Of a DNA stretch of 64,000 nucleotides, positions 41,203 to 51,165 are shown one piece after another (positions within the stretch are counted from its first letter, which is position 1; every line of letters begins with the position of its first letter). The DNA is taken from contig CAVSLV010000004.1 in the NCBI GenBank assembly GCA_963728915.1, positions 224,001 to 288,000 of the forward strand, written 5' to 3'. The position numbers and the translations under genes were made by a program. This stretch comes from an uncultured Gemmatimonadales bacterium. Lineage in GTDB: Bacteria; Gemmatimonadota; Gemmatimonadetes; Gemmatimonadales; GWC2-71-9. The notes below the pieces were generated by a model. The model had not been told where the DNA came from and did no database searches. It was given only the letters and a program-made list of their open reading frames with translations.

Positions 41203-41951
41203 CGGAGTGCCCACGCCGCGGCTCCCGCCAGCGCGGCGAGGAGGGTCGTCAGCAGGTTCACGCCGTCGTTGTCGAGCCATGCCCACCCTCTTTCCAGGAC
41301 CGTGGCGCTCCCGCAGTGCCGGCGCCCCTCGGTCGGGGTCTGACAGGTTGGACACGTGAACCGGCCCTGCAACCTTGCCCCGAGTAACGAGTCGAGGAAC
41401 ATACCACCGAACCCGATGAGAGAGCCGGCCACGGTCAGGGCGATGCTGCCGAGACCAATCCCTCCCGAAACGGCGACCAGCAGCGCCCCCGCGGCTCCCC
41501 CGATCGTCCCCAGCAGTGTGACGCCACCAGAGGTTCCCCGAGACACCCGCTGACCGGTTCCCAGGAGAATCGGGGCAGTGGGACTGCTTCGGCCCAAGGT
41601 GGTGGCCCAGGTGTCGCTCCCCGCGGCGGCGAGAGAGGCGGTCACGATCCATGCTCCCAGGCTCGGGGCGATCAGCTCGCAGAGACTGCCGATCGCCGCG
41701 GGTCCGCCATTCGCCAGGACCTGGATCGCGGAACGGGTTTCTCGTTCCGGCCCATCGAGGACCAGGCGTCCGACCAACACACTGGAAAAGAAAAAGGTTC
41801 CCAGAACGAGGGCTCCGGGCCAACCAGTCTCGGCGAGGATGACGGTTCCGATGCAGGCCGCCGCCAGCGCTCCGCCCGGGGTGAGCGCCCGCAGCCACCA
41901 GGCGATCGCCGACAGGGTCGCCGCGAGCGCCAGGGCGAGGAGCGGATGCAT
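41199..41951 (-). CDS. DUF92 (TMEM19/VTE6-like) membrane protein
   Basis: QVLANGG, DTWAT, GTSGGVTLLG, DSLLGA, CPTC...HC, DNDGVN. Confidence 0.88.
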   Translation of the reverse strand: MHPLLALALAATLSAIAWWLRALTPGGALAAACIGTVILAETGWPGALVLGTFFFSSVLVGRLVLDGPERETRSAIQVLANGGPAAIGSLCELIAPSLGAWIVTASLAAAGSDTWATTLGRSSPTAPILLGTGQRVSRGTSGGVTLLGTIGGAAGALLVAVSGGIGLGSIALTVAGSLIGFGGMFLDSLLGARLQGRFTCPTCQTPTEGRRHCGSATVLERGWAWLDNDGVNLLTTLLAALAGAAAWALR

Positions 41952-42029
41952 GCGCAATGTTCCCACCCCGGCTGGCCGGCTGCAAGCGGACCTTACCTGT
42001 CTGTCGCGGACCCGCTAAGTTGTCGCGGC

Positions 42030-42671
42030 GTGACACCCGCCGATGGGCTCCCCGCTCTCATTCCCCTGAGCCTCCTCGAGGCGATCCGGAATCTCGATAC
42101 GCCCCTCGACGACGGCCTGAACGAGCTGGCGAGCGAAATGATGTCGAAGCGCCTGGGACTCAGTCAGACCGTCGCCCTGCAGATCGAGCGTTACCAGGAC
42201 AGCGCCAGTCGCAAACAACTGGTTCCCGACGACGAAGTCATTCTCATTTTTCGCCTGGTGGGCCGCCGGCCCGACGCGGCGCTGGTCTATGCCGATGCCG
42301 GACGACGAGCGGCGCGCCACGCGGTCCGCTCGGCGGGGCTGGGGATCAAGACCGCGCTCCGTACCGTGCCGGGAGCGGTCGGGCGGCGCTACGGGGTTGG
42401 AGCGGCGAGCCGGCTGGCCCGGACCCGGCTGGGGATCCCGATGGAGCGTCACTCCGTCAAGACCGGGGAGACCGTTACCAGCAGGGTCTCCGAATCCCTG
42501 GCGACCCGGGCCGGGTATCCGGGCACTGGGTGCGCCTTCTACAGCGCCGCGCTGGCGGAGCTGCTCCGCTTGACCAGTGGCTTCGAAGGCGCAATGGTGC
42601 ACGAGCACTGCCGCGGCAAGGGTGACCCCTACTGCTCCTGGCGCGGGATCGAATCGGGAGGCTACGAATGA
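42030..42671 (+). CDS. hypothetical protein with C-terminal V4R-like domain
   Basis: CAFYSAALAELL...HEHCRGKGDPYCSW. Confidence 0.7.
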   Translation: MTPADGLPALIPLSLLEAIRNLDTPLDDGLNELASEMMSKRLGLSQTVALQIERYQDSASRKQLVPDDEVILIFRLVGRRPDAALVYADAGRRAARHAVRSAGLGIKTALRTVPGAVGRRYGVGAASRLARTRLGIPMERHSVKTGETVTSRVSESLATRAGYPGTGCAFYSAALAELLRLTSGFEGAMVHEHCRGKGDPYCSWRGIESGGYE

Positions 42672-43840
42672 AACGGTGGACCCAGGACGACCGGAAGGCC
42701 CTGGCCGAGGCGCTGGGGCAGAGCGGTGCGGCGGGATGGCTGGTGTTCGACTTCCAGGGCCATAACCCGGTCGCCCAGCGGCTCCTCAATCTCGGCGGGT
42801 TAGGCTCGCGGCGACTCTTCGTGCTGATCACCCCGGACCACGACCCGGTGGCGGTGGCCCACAAGATCGAGCTCGGACCGCTGGAGGGATTCCCCGGCCG
42901 GATCCTTCCCTACGCCCGGCGGGAGGAGCTGAACGCCGCGCTGGGCAGCCTGGTGAACGGCAAGACCGTGGCGATGGAGGTCTCGGAGCGGAACAGCGTC
43001 CCCTATCTCGACCGGGTGCCGCATGGCGTGGTCCAGCTGGTCGAATCCCTGGGCGGGAAGGTGGTGTCGAGCGCGGCCCTGGTGACCCGGTTCGTCTCCC
43101 GCTGGACCGACGCCGAAGCGGCGCTGCACCGGAAGGCCGCCGAAGTGCTGGCCCGGATCGCCCGGGACGCCCTGGGCTTCGCGGTGACCCAGGGAGGGAA
43201 GGGGCTGACCGAAAGCGCGCTGATGGAGCGGGTGGTCGCGGCGATGACGGCGGAAGGCATCGTCCCCGATCATGCCCCGATCGTGGGGTTCGGCCCCAAC
43301 GCGGCCAATCCCCATTACGAACCGGTGGCCGGGAGGGACCGCACCCTGGCCGGGAACGAGGTCGTGCTGGTGGACCTCTTCGGCCGGTATCCCGACGGGA
43401 TTTCGGCGGATCAGACCTGGATGGGGTTCAGCGGATCGACCCCGCCGGAGCGGGTTAGGACGGTCTGGACCACGGTTCGGGACGCTCGCGATGCGGCGCT
43501 CGATCTGGTGCGGACCGCCGGTCGGGAAGGGCGTTCCCTGGCGGGCTTCGAGGTGGACCGGGCCGCCCGGGCGGTGATCGACCAGGCCGGGTTCGGAGAG
43601 TACTTCGTTCATCGTACCGGACACTCGATCGATCGCGAGCTGCACGGGTCCGGCCCCCACATGGATGACTATGAGACCCGGGACGACCGGATCATCCTAC
43701 CCGGCTGCGGGTTCTCGGTCGAACCGGGGATTTACCTGACCGGTGATTTCGGGGTGCGGAGCGAAGTCAACGTGTACTGGAGCGCCGATGGGCCGGAAGT
43801 CACCCCGCAGAAGATCCAGACCGAGCTGATCACCGCGTAA
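42668..43840 (+). CDS. M24 family Xaa-Pro peptidase
   Basis: ANPHY, ADQT, HRTGHSI, SVEPGIY, GVRSE. Confidence 0.9.
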   Translation: MKRWTQDDRKALAEALGQSGAAGWLVFDFQGHNPVAQRLLNLGGLGSRRLFVLITPDHDPVAVAHKIELGPLEGFPGRILPYARREELNAALGSLVNGKTVAMEVSERNSVPYLDRVPHGVVQLVESLGGKVVSSAALVTRFVSRWTDAEAALHRKAAEVLARIARDALGFAVTQGGKGLTESALMERVVAAMTAEGIVPDHAPIVGFGPNAANPHYEPVAGRDRTLAGNEVVLVDLFGRYPDGISADQTWMGFSGSTPPERVRTVWTTVRDARDAALDLVRTAGREGRSLAGFEVDRAARAVIDQAGFGEYFVHRTGHSIDRELHGSGPHMDDYETRDDRIILPGCGFSVEPGIYLTGDFGVRSEVNVYWSADGPEVTPQKIQTELITA

Positions 43841-43862
43841 GAACCGGGGTCGCCACTGCTCG

Positions 43863-44801
43863 CTAGCGCCCGAGGATGATCACCTCGGGTTTCGGCGGGG
43901 CGTGGCCGAACGGGATGTACCGATCGATCCCCATCGCCAGGAACAGCAGGGCAAGGTAGAGCAGCGAATAGCGATACATCCGCCAGGGCAGGGGAGAAGG
44001 CCCCGATTCGCGGAGGAGCTGAATGCAGTACCACAGCAGCCGGGCCCCCAGCAGGAGCGCCGCGATCGCATAGAGAATTCCCTGATGCCCCGAAAGGGTC
44101 GGCAGGATGGTGAGGGGCAGCAGCAGGAGGGTGTACACCAGCATCTGCACCTTGGTCTCGTGCGGTCCCCTTACGACCGGCATCATGGGAATCCCCGCCC
44201 GGGCGTAGTCCTTCTCCTTGATCAGGGCCAACGCCCAGAAGTGCGGTGGGGTCCAGTAGAAGATGATGGCGAAGAGATAGATCGCGCCGAGATCGATCGA
44301 ATTCGTCATTGCCGCCCACCCCACCAGCGGCGGGAACGCTCCGGCGGCCCCGCCGATCACGATGTTCTGGGCGGTCGCGCGCTTGAGCCACATGGTGTAG
44401 ACGAAGACGTAGAAGAGAAGGCCCAGCGCGGCGAGGCCCGCCGAGAGCAGGTTCACGAATCGCCAGAACAGGACAAACGAGGCGATTCCGAGGCCGATGC
44501 CGAAGACCAGCGCCGCGCCGGGAGGGATCCGTCCCGAGGGCACCGGCCGGACCCGGGTCCTCGACATCACCGAGTCGATATCGCGATCGAACCACATGTT
44601 GATCGCGTTCGCGCCTCCAGCCATCAGAAAACCGGCCAGCGTGACCCATCCCACCAGCGCCAGGCTCGGCAGTCCGCGGTCGGTGATGAACATGGGGGCG
44701 ACGGCGGTGAGGAGCAGCAGGGAAATCACCCGCGGCTTGGTGAGAGTGATGAGGTCGCGAAGCAGCGGGAAGTCGGGAGGTCTGGAAGTCTCGAGGTCCA
44801 T
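43863..44801 (-). CDS. cyoE: protoheme IX farnesyltransferase (heme O synthase)
   Basis: TKPRVISL, DRDIDSVMSRTRVRP, NIVIGG, WTPPHFWAL. Confidence 0.95.
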   Translation of the reverse strand: MDLETSRPPDFPLLRDLITLTKPRVISLLLLTAVAPMFITDRGLPSLALVGWVTLAGFLMAGGANAINMWFDRDIDSVMSRTRVRPVPSGRIPPGAALVFGIGLGIASFVLFWRFVNLLSAGLAALGLLFYVFVYTMWLKRATAQNIVIGGAAGAFPPLVGWAAMTNSIDLGAIYLFAIIFYWTPPHFWALALIKEKDYARAGIPMMPVVRGPHETKVQMLVYTLLLLPLTILPTLSGHQGILYAIAALLLGARLLWYCIQLLRESGPSPLPWRMYRYSLLYLALLFLAMGIDRYIPFGHAPPKPEVIILGR

Positions 44802-44874
44802 AGGCATTCGGCGTGGAAATATATACCTTTGCCTGTCCCGTACCGATTTTCAGACGTTCAGACTTCCAGACCTC

Positions 44875-46248
44875 CTGGCGCCTATCTCCGAGTCCCCCGC
44901 CACTCTCGCACCCCGTGACGCCTACGGCGAACGCCTGCCGAGAAGCGTGGGACTCTTTGCGTCCATCATGGTCCTCATCGGGATCACGATCGGAAGCGGG
45001 ATCTTCCGGGTGCCTGCCACCGTGGCCCGGTCGCTCACCGCACCCGGCCCGTTCCTGCTGGTCTGGGTGCTGGGCGGAGTCATGGCGCTCTGCGGAGCCC
45101 TGACGCTGGGAGAATTGGCTGCCCTGTTCCCCCGGAGCGGCGGCATTCTCGCCTATCTGGCCGAGGGGTTCGGCCCGATGCCGGCCTTTCTCTTCGGCTG
45201 GTCCCAGCTGGTCATCATCCGCGCCTCCGCGCTGGGCGCCATTGCCACCATTTTCGCCGAATACTTCGGTCGCTTCGTGACCCTGACGCCGCAGGCGGTC
45301 CACTGGGTCGCCGCCCTGGTGATTGCCACGATTGGATTCCTGAACTGGGTCGGAGTCAAGCGGGCTGCGCTGGTGAACAATGTGGCGACGGGGGTGAAGT
45401 ACCTGGCCCTGGTTGGCCTGGTGGTGTTTGCGTTCACCGCCTCTACCGGCTCGACCGGGAACTTCGCTGGAGCCTGGACCGGGTTCACGATCTCGGCCTT
45501 TGCGACCGCGCTGGTCCCGGTGATGTGGGCCTACGATGGTTGGGCCGACCTTTCCTTCATGAGCGGAGAGGTCAAGGATCCGGCCCGGACCATGCCGCGC
45601 GCTCTGATCTTCGGTACGCTGCTGATCATCGCCATCTATCTGCTGGTCAACGCGGCCTACATCTACCTGGTTCCGTTGCCCGACATGGCGCAGCCCATGT
45701 CCGGGCTCATCGCCGCCACGGCCGCCGAGCGGATCCCGGCCTTCGGTGGTATCGGGGCCAGACTCATCGCCGCGGTCGTCCTGATCTCGACGTTCAGCAG
45801 TGTGAACGGCACCATGATGGCGAGCCCCCGGATCTTCTTCGGGATGGCGGACCGGGGTCTCTTCTTTCAGGGGATTGCGCGAGTGTCACCGCGGTTCAAG
45901 AGTCCCTCCACCGCGATCCTCCTGGCCAGCACCCTCGGCGTGGTGTACGTCCTGTTCAATGATTTCCAGCAGCTTGCCGACAAGTTCGTCCTGGGGATTT
46001 TCCCGTTCTACGTGCTGGCGGTGCTGGCGGTGTTCATGATCCGGGCCCGGCAACCGGGACTCGCCAGACCCTACCGGGTTCTGGGGTATCCGGTCGTTCC
46101 CGTGCTGTTCCTGCTCGGGGCTCTGGGAATGATAGTGAACGCTCTCATTACGGACACCGCGAATACGGCGTTCACGTTCGGGATCATATTGATCGGCATT
46201 CCGGTGTTCTACCTCGCCCGGAAGATGGGGAAGATCAAACCCTCGTAA
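44875..46248 (+). CDS. APC family amino-acid permease (start uncertain)
   Basis: IGSGIF, ELAALFPRSGG, WAYDGW, EVKDP. Confidence 0.88.
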   Translation: MAPISESPATLAPRDAYGERLPRSVGLFASIMVLIGITIGSGIFRVPATVARSLTAPGPFLLVWVLGGVMALCGALTLGELAALFPRSGGILAYLAEGFGPMPAFLFGWSQLVIIRASALGAIATIFAEYFGRFVTLTPQAVHWVAALVIATIGFLNWVGVKRAALVNNVATGVKYLALVGLVVFAFTASTGSTGNFAGAWTGFTISAFATALVPVMWAYDGWADLSFMSGEVKDPARTMPRALIFGTLLIIAIYLLVNAAYIYLVPLPDMAQPMSGLIAATAAERIPAFGGIGARLIAAVVLISTFSSVNGTMMASPRIFFGMADRGLFFQGIARVSPRFKSPSTAILLASTLGVVYVLFNDFQQLADKFVLGIFPFYVLAVLAVFMIRARQPGLARPYRVLGYPVVPVLFLLGALGMIVNALITDTANTAFTFGIILIGIPVFYLARKMGKIKPS

Positions 46249-46398
46249 GGAACGCTCCACGCCCGGGTAACGGTCCCGTTACACGGGTTGCGTTGGTACA
46301 GGGGCGGGATAAGTTTGGGCGGCTTTTCCGGGGCATTCCCCCGATCCCATCGGTTTCCGTATAAACATCGCGAAGGATTCCTCTTGAGGAGGCTACTC

Positions 46399-49300
46399 AT
46401 GAAGAGGTGGTTGGCTGCATGCGCGACCCTGGCACTCGCGGGGACGCTGTTGAGCTCGACCGCGCTGGCTCAGGGGGTCACGACGGGTTCCTTGAACGTT
46501 CGGGTGCGAAACCAGGATGGCACGCCAGTGGCCGGCGCCCGGGTGACCGCCACTCACCTTGCCTCCGGGACGACCTACAGTAGCAGCACGATGGCGAGCG
46601 GCCGAGCGGCGATTCCCGGGGTTCGGGTCGGCGGGCCGTACAAAGTCACGGTAGCCGCGATCGGGTTCGATCCCAAGAGTCAGGACGGTATCTACGTCAA
46701 TCTCGGCGTTTCCGAGGACGTGGACTTTACCCTTTCCCCCACGGTGGTCACGCTCGAGGAGGTCACCGTGACGGCGGAGGGCGAGACCGTCTTCAGCTCC
46801 CGGCGAACCGGGGCGGCGACCACCGTGGACCGCCAGGCGATCGCCGTGCTTCCTTCGATCACCGGTCGGTATGAGGACTACATCCGGCTGACCCCGCAGG
46901 TACGGGGCACCTCGTTCGCCGGTCAGGACAACCGGCTCAACAACATCACGGTGGACGGGTCCTACTTCAACAATGGATTCGGTCTCGGCAGCGGCCAGCC
47001 GGGCGGCCAGACCAACGTGGCCCCGATCTCGATGGCGGCGATCGAACAGATCCAGGTGAACATTGCGCCATACGATGTGCGGCAGGGGCACTTCATTGGA
47101 GCCAACATCAACACGGTGACCCGGAGCGGGACCAACGAGGTCGTGGGGATGCTCCAGTACGCCTTCCGGCAGTGCGACGTCACGGAAGACGGATCCTGCG
47201 CGAAGAAATTCGGGATCACCCGGATGAACGGGAACCAGGCCGGCGACAATATCGTGAACATCGGCAATTTCGATTTCAGCCGGTACGGCGGCTATCTCGG
47301 CGGCCCGATCATCAAGAACAAGCTCTTCTTCTTCGGGAGCTACGAGAAGGACAAGCTCAGCTCGCCGGGAACCACCTTCCGCGCCAACACCGGTGGGGAA
47401 ACTATCGGAGGTGGAACCACCCGGGTCCTTGCTTCGGATCTGGACCAGCTGGCCGACTTCCTCAAGACCAAATTCAATTATGACCCGGGCCTCTATCAGG
47501 GATACAATTTCGACACGCCGGCCAAGCGGATCATCGGGAAGCTTGACTACAACCTGAACGAGCGGAACAAGGTGAGCGTCCGGTACAATCACCTGGATTC
47601 ATTCACCGACAAGATCGAGTCCAGCTCGACCTCCCTCGGATTCGGGAACCGGAACTTCAATACCACGTCCCTGAACTTCCAGAGCTCGAACTACCAGCAG
47701 GGCGAAAACATCCGGTCGATCGTGGGCGAGTGGAACTCCGCGATCGGGAACCGGCTCCACAATGATTTCATCGTCGGGTACAATTACACCAACGAGAGCC
47801 GCGCGCTCGGCAAATCTCCGTTCAAGGTGGACGATCCGACGACCTGGTTCCCGCTGGTCGACATTCTGGCATCTTCCTCCGACCAGACCACGTATACCAG
47901 CTTCGGGACCGAGCCGTTCTCGCCCTTCAACCAGGTCAAGTACTCGACCTATCAGATCCAGGACAACTTTACCATCTACGGCGACAAGCACGACTTCACC
48001 TTCGGGGTGAGCGGGGAGCGGTATCATTCGCTGAACGTCTTCGACCCGGGTTCGCAGAGCGTCTATACCTACAATTCGCTGGACGATTTCTACGCCGACG
48101 CGAACGACTATATCGCCCATCCGGACCGCACCACTTCGCCGGTGACCTTGCGCCGGTTTCAGGTCGGCTACGTCAATCTTCCGGATCCGAGCTGCGACGG
48201 GACCACCTGTCCGGTGGGCACGCCGCGGCAACAACCGATCCAGCCCCTGACCGTCTGGTATGGGGGGGTGTATGCCCAGGACGAGTGGCGAGCTTCCCGG
48301 AACCTCAAACTGACCATTGGGCTTCGGATGGACGTGCCGATCTTCGATTCCACCGGGTTTGTCAATCCGGTCGCCAACGGGATGACCTTCCTGGACGAGC
48401 ACAAGACACTGGTGCACTACCAGACCCAGAAGCTGCCCAACAGCAATGTCCAGTTCTCGCCCCGCTTCGGGTTCAACTACAACGCCAGCAACGGCAAGCG
48501 GAACACCCAGATCCGGGGCGGGACCGGGATCATGAGCGGCCCTCCGCTCTACGTCTGGATTTCCAATCAGGTTGGCAACAACGGCCTGTTGACGGGGACC
48601 GTGTCGGTCGACAATACCAATACCCGTCCCTTCAACCCGGATCCCTTTGCCTACTCGCCCAAGACGGTGACCGGCGCGTCGGCATCGAGCTTTGCCCTGG
48701 CGTTCACCGACCCGAATTTCAAATTCCCTCAGCTCTGGCGCAGCAACCTGGCGGTGGACCGCCGGCTCCCGTGGGGCCTCGTGGGAACCGCCGAGTTCAT
48801 CTATAACAGGGACATCAACGGGATCTACTACATCAACGCGAACCTGGCTCCGCCGCAGACTCGCTATGCCGGAGTGGACAACCGGAGTCGCTGGTACTCC
48901 AGCTGTCCCACCTCCGGAGGCGGCTCGGGAACCTGTGCTCGACTCAACAACATCGCGACCAGCGCGGTGGTGATGAAGAACGAGAGCGTCGGTCGGTCCT
49001 GGGAGGCCGCGGTGTCTCTGGAACGGCGGTTCGACAATGGCTTCTATGCCAAGGTCGCCTACGACTATGGCGAGGCCAAGAACACCGTGGATCCAGGATC
49101 GATCGCGCTGGGAACCTGGCAGAGCGTGGCGATCGTGAACGACCCGAACAACCCGGGCCTCCACTGGTCCACCAACTCCCCGGGGCACCGGTTCTTCGCG
49201 GCGCTTGCCTACGGGCGTGACTGGCTCAAGGCCGGGCGGACCACCATCTCGGCGTTCTACAACCTGCAGACCATCGCGAACCTCTCATACCTGTTCTCCG

Positions 49301-49944
49301 GCGACGCCAATGGCGATGCCAACACCGCCAATGACCTGATCTACATCCCGGCGAACAAGGATGAGATGAATTTCCAGGCATACACCCAGGCCGCGCACGT
49401 GGTCTCCGGGAACGTTCTGGCTCCGGCGCGGGTCATCACCTCCCAGGAGCAGCGGGATGCCTGGGATGCCTACATCACCCAGGATCCCTATCTGAGCAAG
49501 CACCGCGGCGAATACATGGAGCGCAATGCGTTCTTCCTGCCGAAGGTCGGGCGGGTGGATCTCCAGCTCACCCAGGATATCCATGCGCTGGTAGGCGGCC
49601 GCCGAAACTCGCTCGAGCTCCGGGCCGACTTCCTCAACTTCGGCAACTTCCTCAACAAGGACTGGGGCATCAGCCAGCGGGTGGTGAACAACCAGCCGCT
49701 CCTGGTGTCCACCAGCAACGCCGGCTCAGTCATCGGCTGTTCGGCGAACCTCACCGGGCTGGCTGATGCCTGCGGACGACTCCAGTACCGGCTCCGGAAC
49801 CTCGAGGATCCCGATCCGGACAATCCTGGAATGAACCACTATGTCCTGATGGGAGAAGGCGCCCGGGACCACACGTTCGAGAAGACCGCGACCACCAGCG
49901 ACGTGTGGAGACTTCAGATTTCGTTGCGGTATCTGTTCAACTAG
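46399..49944 (+). CDS. TonB-dependent receptor (Oar-like, N-terminal carboxypeptidase regulatory-like domain)
   Basis: Signal peptide, GGPYKVTV, NNITVDG plug, GGPIIKNKLFFF, C-terminal RYLFN; GAGGAGG SD. Confidence 0.92.
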   Translation: MKRWLAACATLALAGTLLSSTALAQGVTTGSLNVRVRNQDGTPVAGARVTATHLASGTTYSSSTMASGRAAIPGVRVGGPYKVTVAAIGFDPKSQDGIYVNLGVSEDVDFTLSPTVVTLEEVTVTAEGETVFSSRRTGAATTVDRQAIAVLPSITGRYEDYIRLTPQVRGTSFAGQDNRLNNITVDGSYFNNGFGLGSGQPGGQTNVAPISMAAIEQIQVNIAPYDVRQGHFIGANINTVTRSGTNEVVGMLQYAFRQCDVTEDGSCAKKFGITRMNGNQAGDNIVNIGNFDFSRYGGYLGGPIIKNKLFFFGSYEKDKLSSPGTTFRANTGGETIGGGTTRVLASDLDQLADFLKTKFNYDPGLYQGYNFDTPAKRIIGKLDYNLNERNKVSVRYNHLDSFTDKIESSSTSLGFGNRNFNTTSLNFQSSNYQQGENIRSIVGEWNSAIGNRLHNDFIVGYNYTNESRALGKSPFKVDDPTTWFPLVDILASSSDQTTYTSFGTEPFSPFNQVKYSTYQIQDNFTIYGDKHDFTFGVSGERYHSLNVFDPGSQSVYTYNSLDDFYADANDYIAHPDRTTSPVTLRRFQVGYVNLPDPSCDGTTCPVGTPRQQPIQPLTVWYGGVYAQDEWRASRNLKLTIGLRMDVPIFDSTGFVNPVANGMTFLDEHKTLVHYQTQKLPNSNVQFSPRFGFNYNASNGKRNTQIRGGTGIMSGPPLYVWISNQVGNNGLLTGTVSVDNTNTRPFNPDPFAYSPKTVTGASASSFALAFTDPNFKFPQLWRSNLAVDRRLPWGLVGTAEFIYNRDINGIYYINANLAPPQTRYAGVDNRSRWYSSCPTSGGGSGTCARLNNIATSAVVMKNESVGRSWEAAVSLERRFDNGFYAKVAYDYGEAKNTVDPGSIALGTWQSVAIVNDPNNPGLHWSTNSPGHRFFAALAYGRDWLKAGRTTISAFYNLQTIANLSYLFSGDANGDANTANDLIYIPANKDEMNFQAYTQAAHVVSGNVLAPARVITSQEQRDAWDAYITQDPYLSKHRGEYMERNAFFLPKVGRVDLQLTQDIHALVGGRRNSLELRADFLNFGNFLNKDWGISQRVVNNQPLLVSTSNAGSVIGCSANLTGLADACGRLQYRLRNLEDPDPDNPGMNHYVLMGEGARDHTFEKTATTSDVWRLQISLRYLFN

Positions 49945-49952
49945 GCAGGAGG

Positions 49953-50090
49953 CTGGGAAGTCTGAAAGTCTGAAAGTCTGGAAGTCTGGAAGTCTGGAGG
50001 TCGGGAATGGGGATTTTGCCCTATTCCCGATTTCCTTTTTTGGTCCAAGTGTGGCAGGCCCGTCCTCCAGACCTCCAGACCTCCAGACCT
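49953..50090. repeat. octamer tandem arrays (TCTGRAAG-like x5 and inverted CCTCCAGA x3) around a terminator
   Basis: tctgaaag tctgaaag tctggaag tctggaag tctggagg ... cctccaga cctccaga cctccaga. Confidence 0.9.
50001..50041 (+). terminator. intrinsic terminator of the TonB-dependent receptor gene
   Basis: TCGGGAATGGGG-ATTTTG-CCCTATTCCCGA followed by a T-rich tail. Confidence 0.75.
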
Positions 50091-51165
50091 AGGTCCGCAC
50101 CCTCACCAGCAACCAGAGTCCCATCGCCAGGAAGACTCCGTTGGGCAGCCAGGCGGCGGCCTTCGGGTTCATCAGTCCCGACGAGCCGACGGCCTGGGCC
50201 AGATTGATCATGAGCAGGTAGACGATGGTGGTGCCCAGGCTGATCGCGATGCCTACCGCGGCACCGGCCCGAGGCGCCGAAACGGCGAGCGGCGCTCCGA
50301 ACAACGCGATGATGAGGCAGGCGGCAGGAAGCGCGACTTTCACCGCCTGCTCCACCTGGAGCTTCCTCGCGTCGTTCCCGGTGGCCTGGACCGAAGCGAT
50401 GTAACGCCCCAGCTCGCCGTAGGTCATCTCGGTGTAATTCTTCTGCTCAACCAGAAGGTCGGAAGGGCTTTCGCGAAACGCCGGCAGTTTGAGCTCGGCG
50501 AAGCTCAGGGTGAGCACGTCCCCGTTCGGCGACAGCACATTGCTTGCCCCGTTCAGGAAAACCCAGCGATGGTGATCCGGCTCCCAGCGCCCGCTGTCCG
50601 CGGTGACCGAAAAAAGCGGCGTGGTGCTGTCATGGACGGCGTGCTCCAGCACCACCTGCTGCATCCGGTTCTCCACCGTATTGAGCTGGCGAATGGTATA
50701 GACCCACCCGCTCGGACTCCGGAACACGAACGAGTAGCGGTTCAGGAGCGTCCGGCTCAGGCGCTCTCCCTGGAGCTCGAGCTGGCGCGAGGTCGTCTGA
50801 GTGGCCCACTCCCCGATCAGAAACGCGCAAACCGCGGCCAGGGTCGAGACCAGCAGAATCGGCCGGATGATCCGGTGAAAGCTGATGCCGCCGGCCTTCG
50901 CCGCGGTGAGCTCGGAGTGACGCGCCAGGGGACCTACCGTGAACACGGCCGCGAACAGGCACGCGGCGGGCATCATCTGGGCAACATTCTGCGGCAGGGC
51001 GTACAGGTAGCTGAGCGCGATGGTGCCCGGCGTGAGGTCCTTCTCCAGCAGCTTCCGCAGGTTGTCGGTGAGCTGGGTCAGGATCGAAACCACCGGCAGG
51101 CCCACCGCGGTGAGCAGAAAGATCCTGAGCCACTGTCCCAGGACGTATCGGGAGAGCTTGCTCAT
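50089..51165 (-). CDS. lptG: LPS export permease LptG-like
   Basis: SELTAAKAGGISFHRI, IALFGAPL, AAWLPN. Confidence 0.85.
   Translation of the reverse strand: MSKLSRYVLGQWLRIFLLTAVGLPVVSILTQLTDNLRKLLEKDLTPGTIALSYLYALPQNVAQMMPAACLFAAVFTVGPLARHSELTAAKAGGISFHRIIRPILLVSTLAAVCAFLIGEWATQTTSRQLELQGERLSRTLLNRYSFVFRSPSGWVYTIRQLNTVENRMQQVVLEHAVHDSTTPLFSVTADSGRWEPDHHRWVFLNGASNVLSPNGDVLTLSFAELKLPAFRESPSDLLVEQKNYTEMTYGELGRYIASVQATGNDARKLQVEQAVKVALPAACLIIALFGAPLAVSAPRAGAAVGIAISLGTTIVYLLMINLAQAVGSSGLMNPKAAAWLPNGVFLAMGLWLLVRVRT

Noticed and set aside
49953..50090. Short repeat arrays as CRISPR
   Set aside because: Units are 7-9 nt, directly tandem, with no unique spacers and no cas genes.
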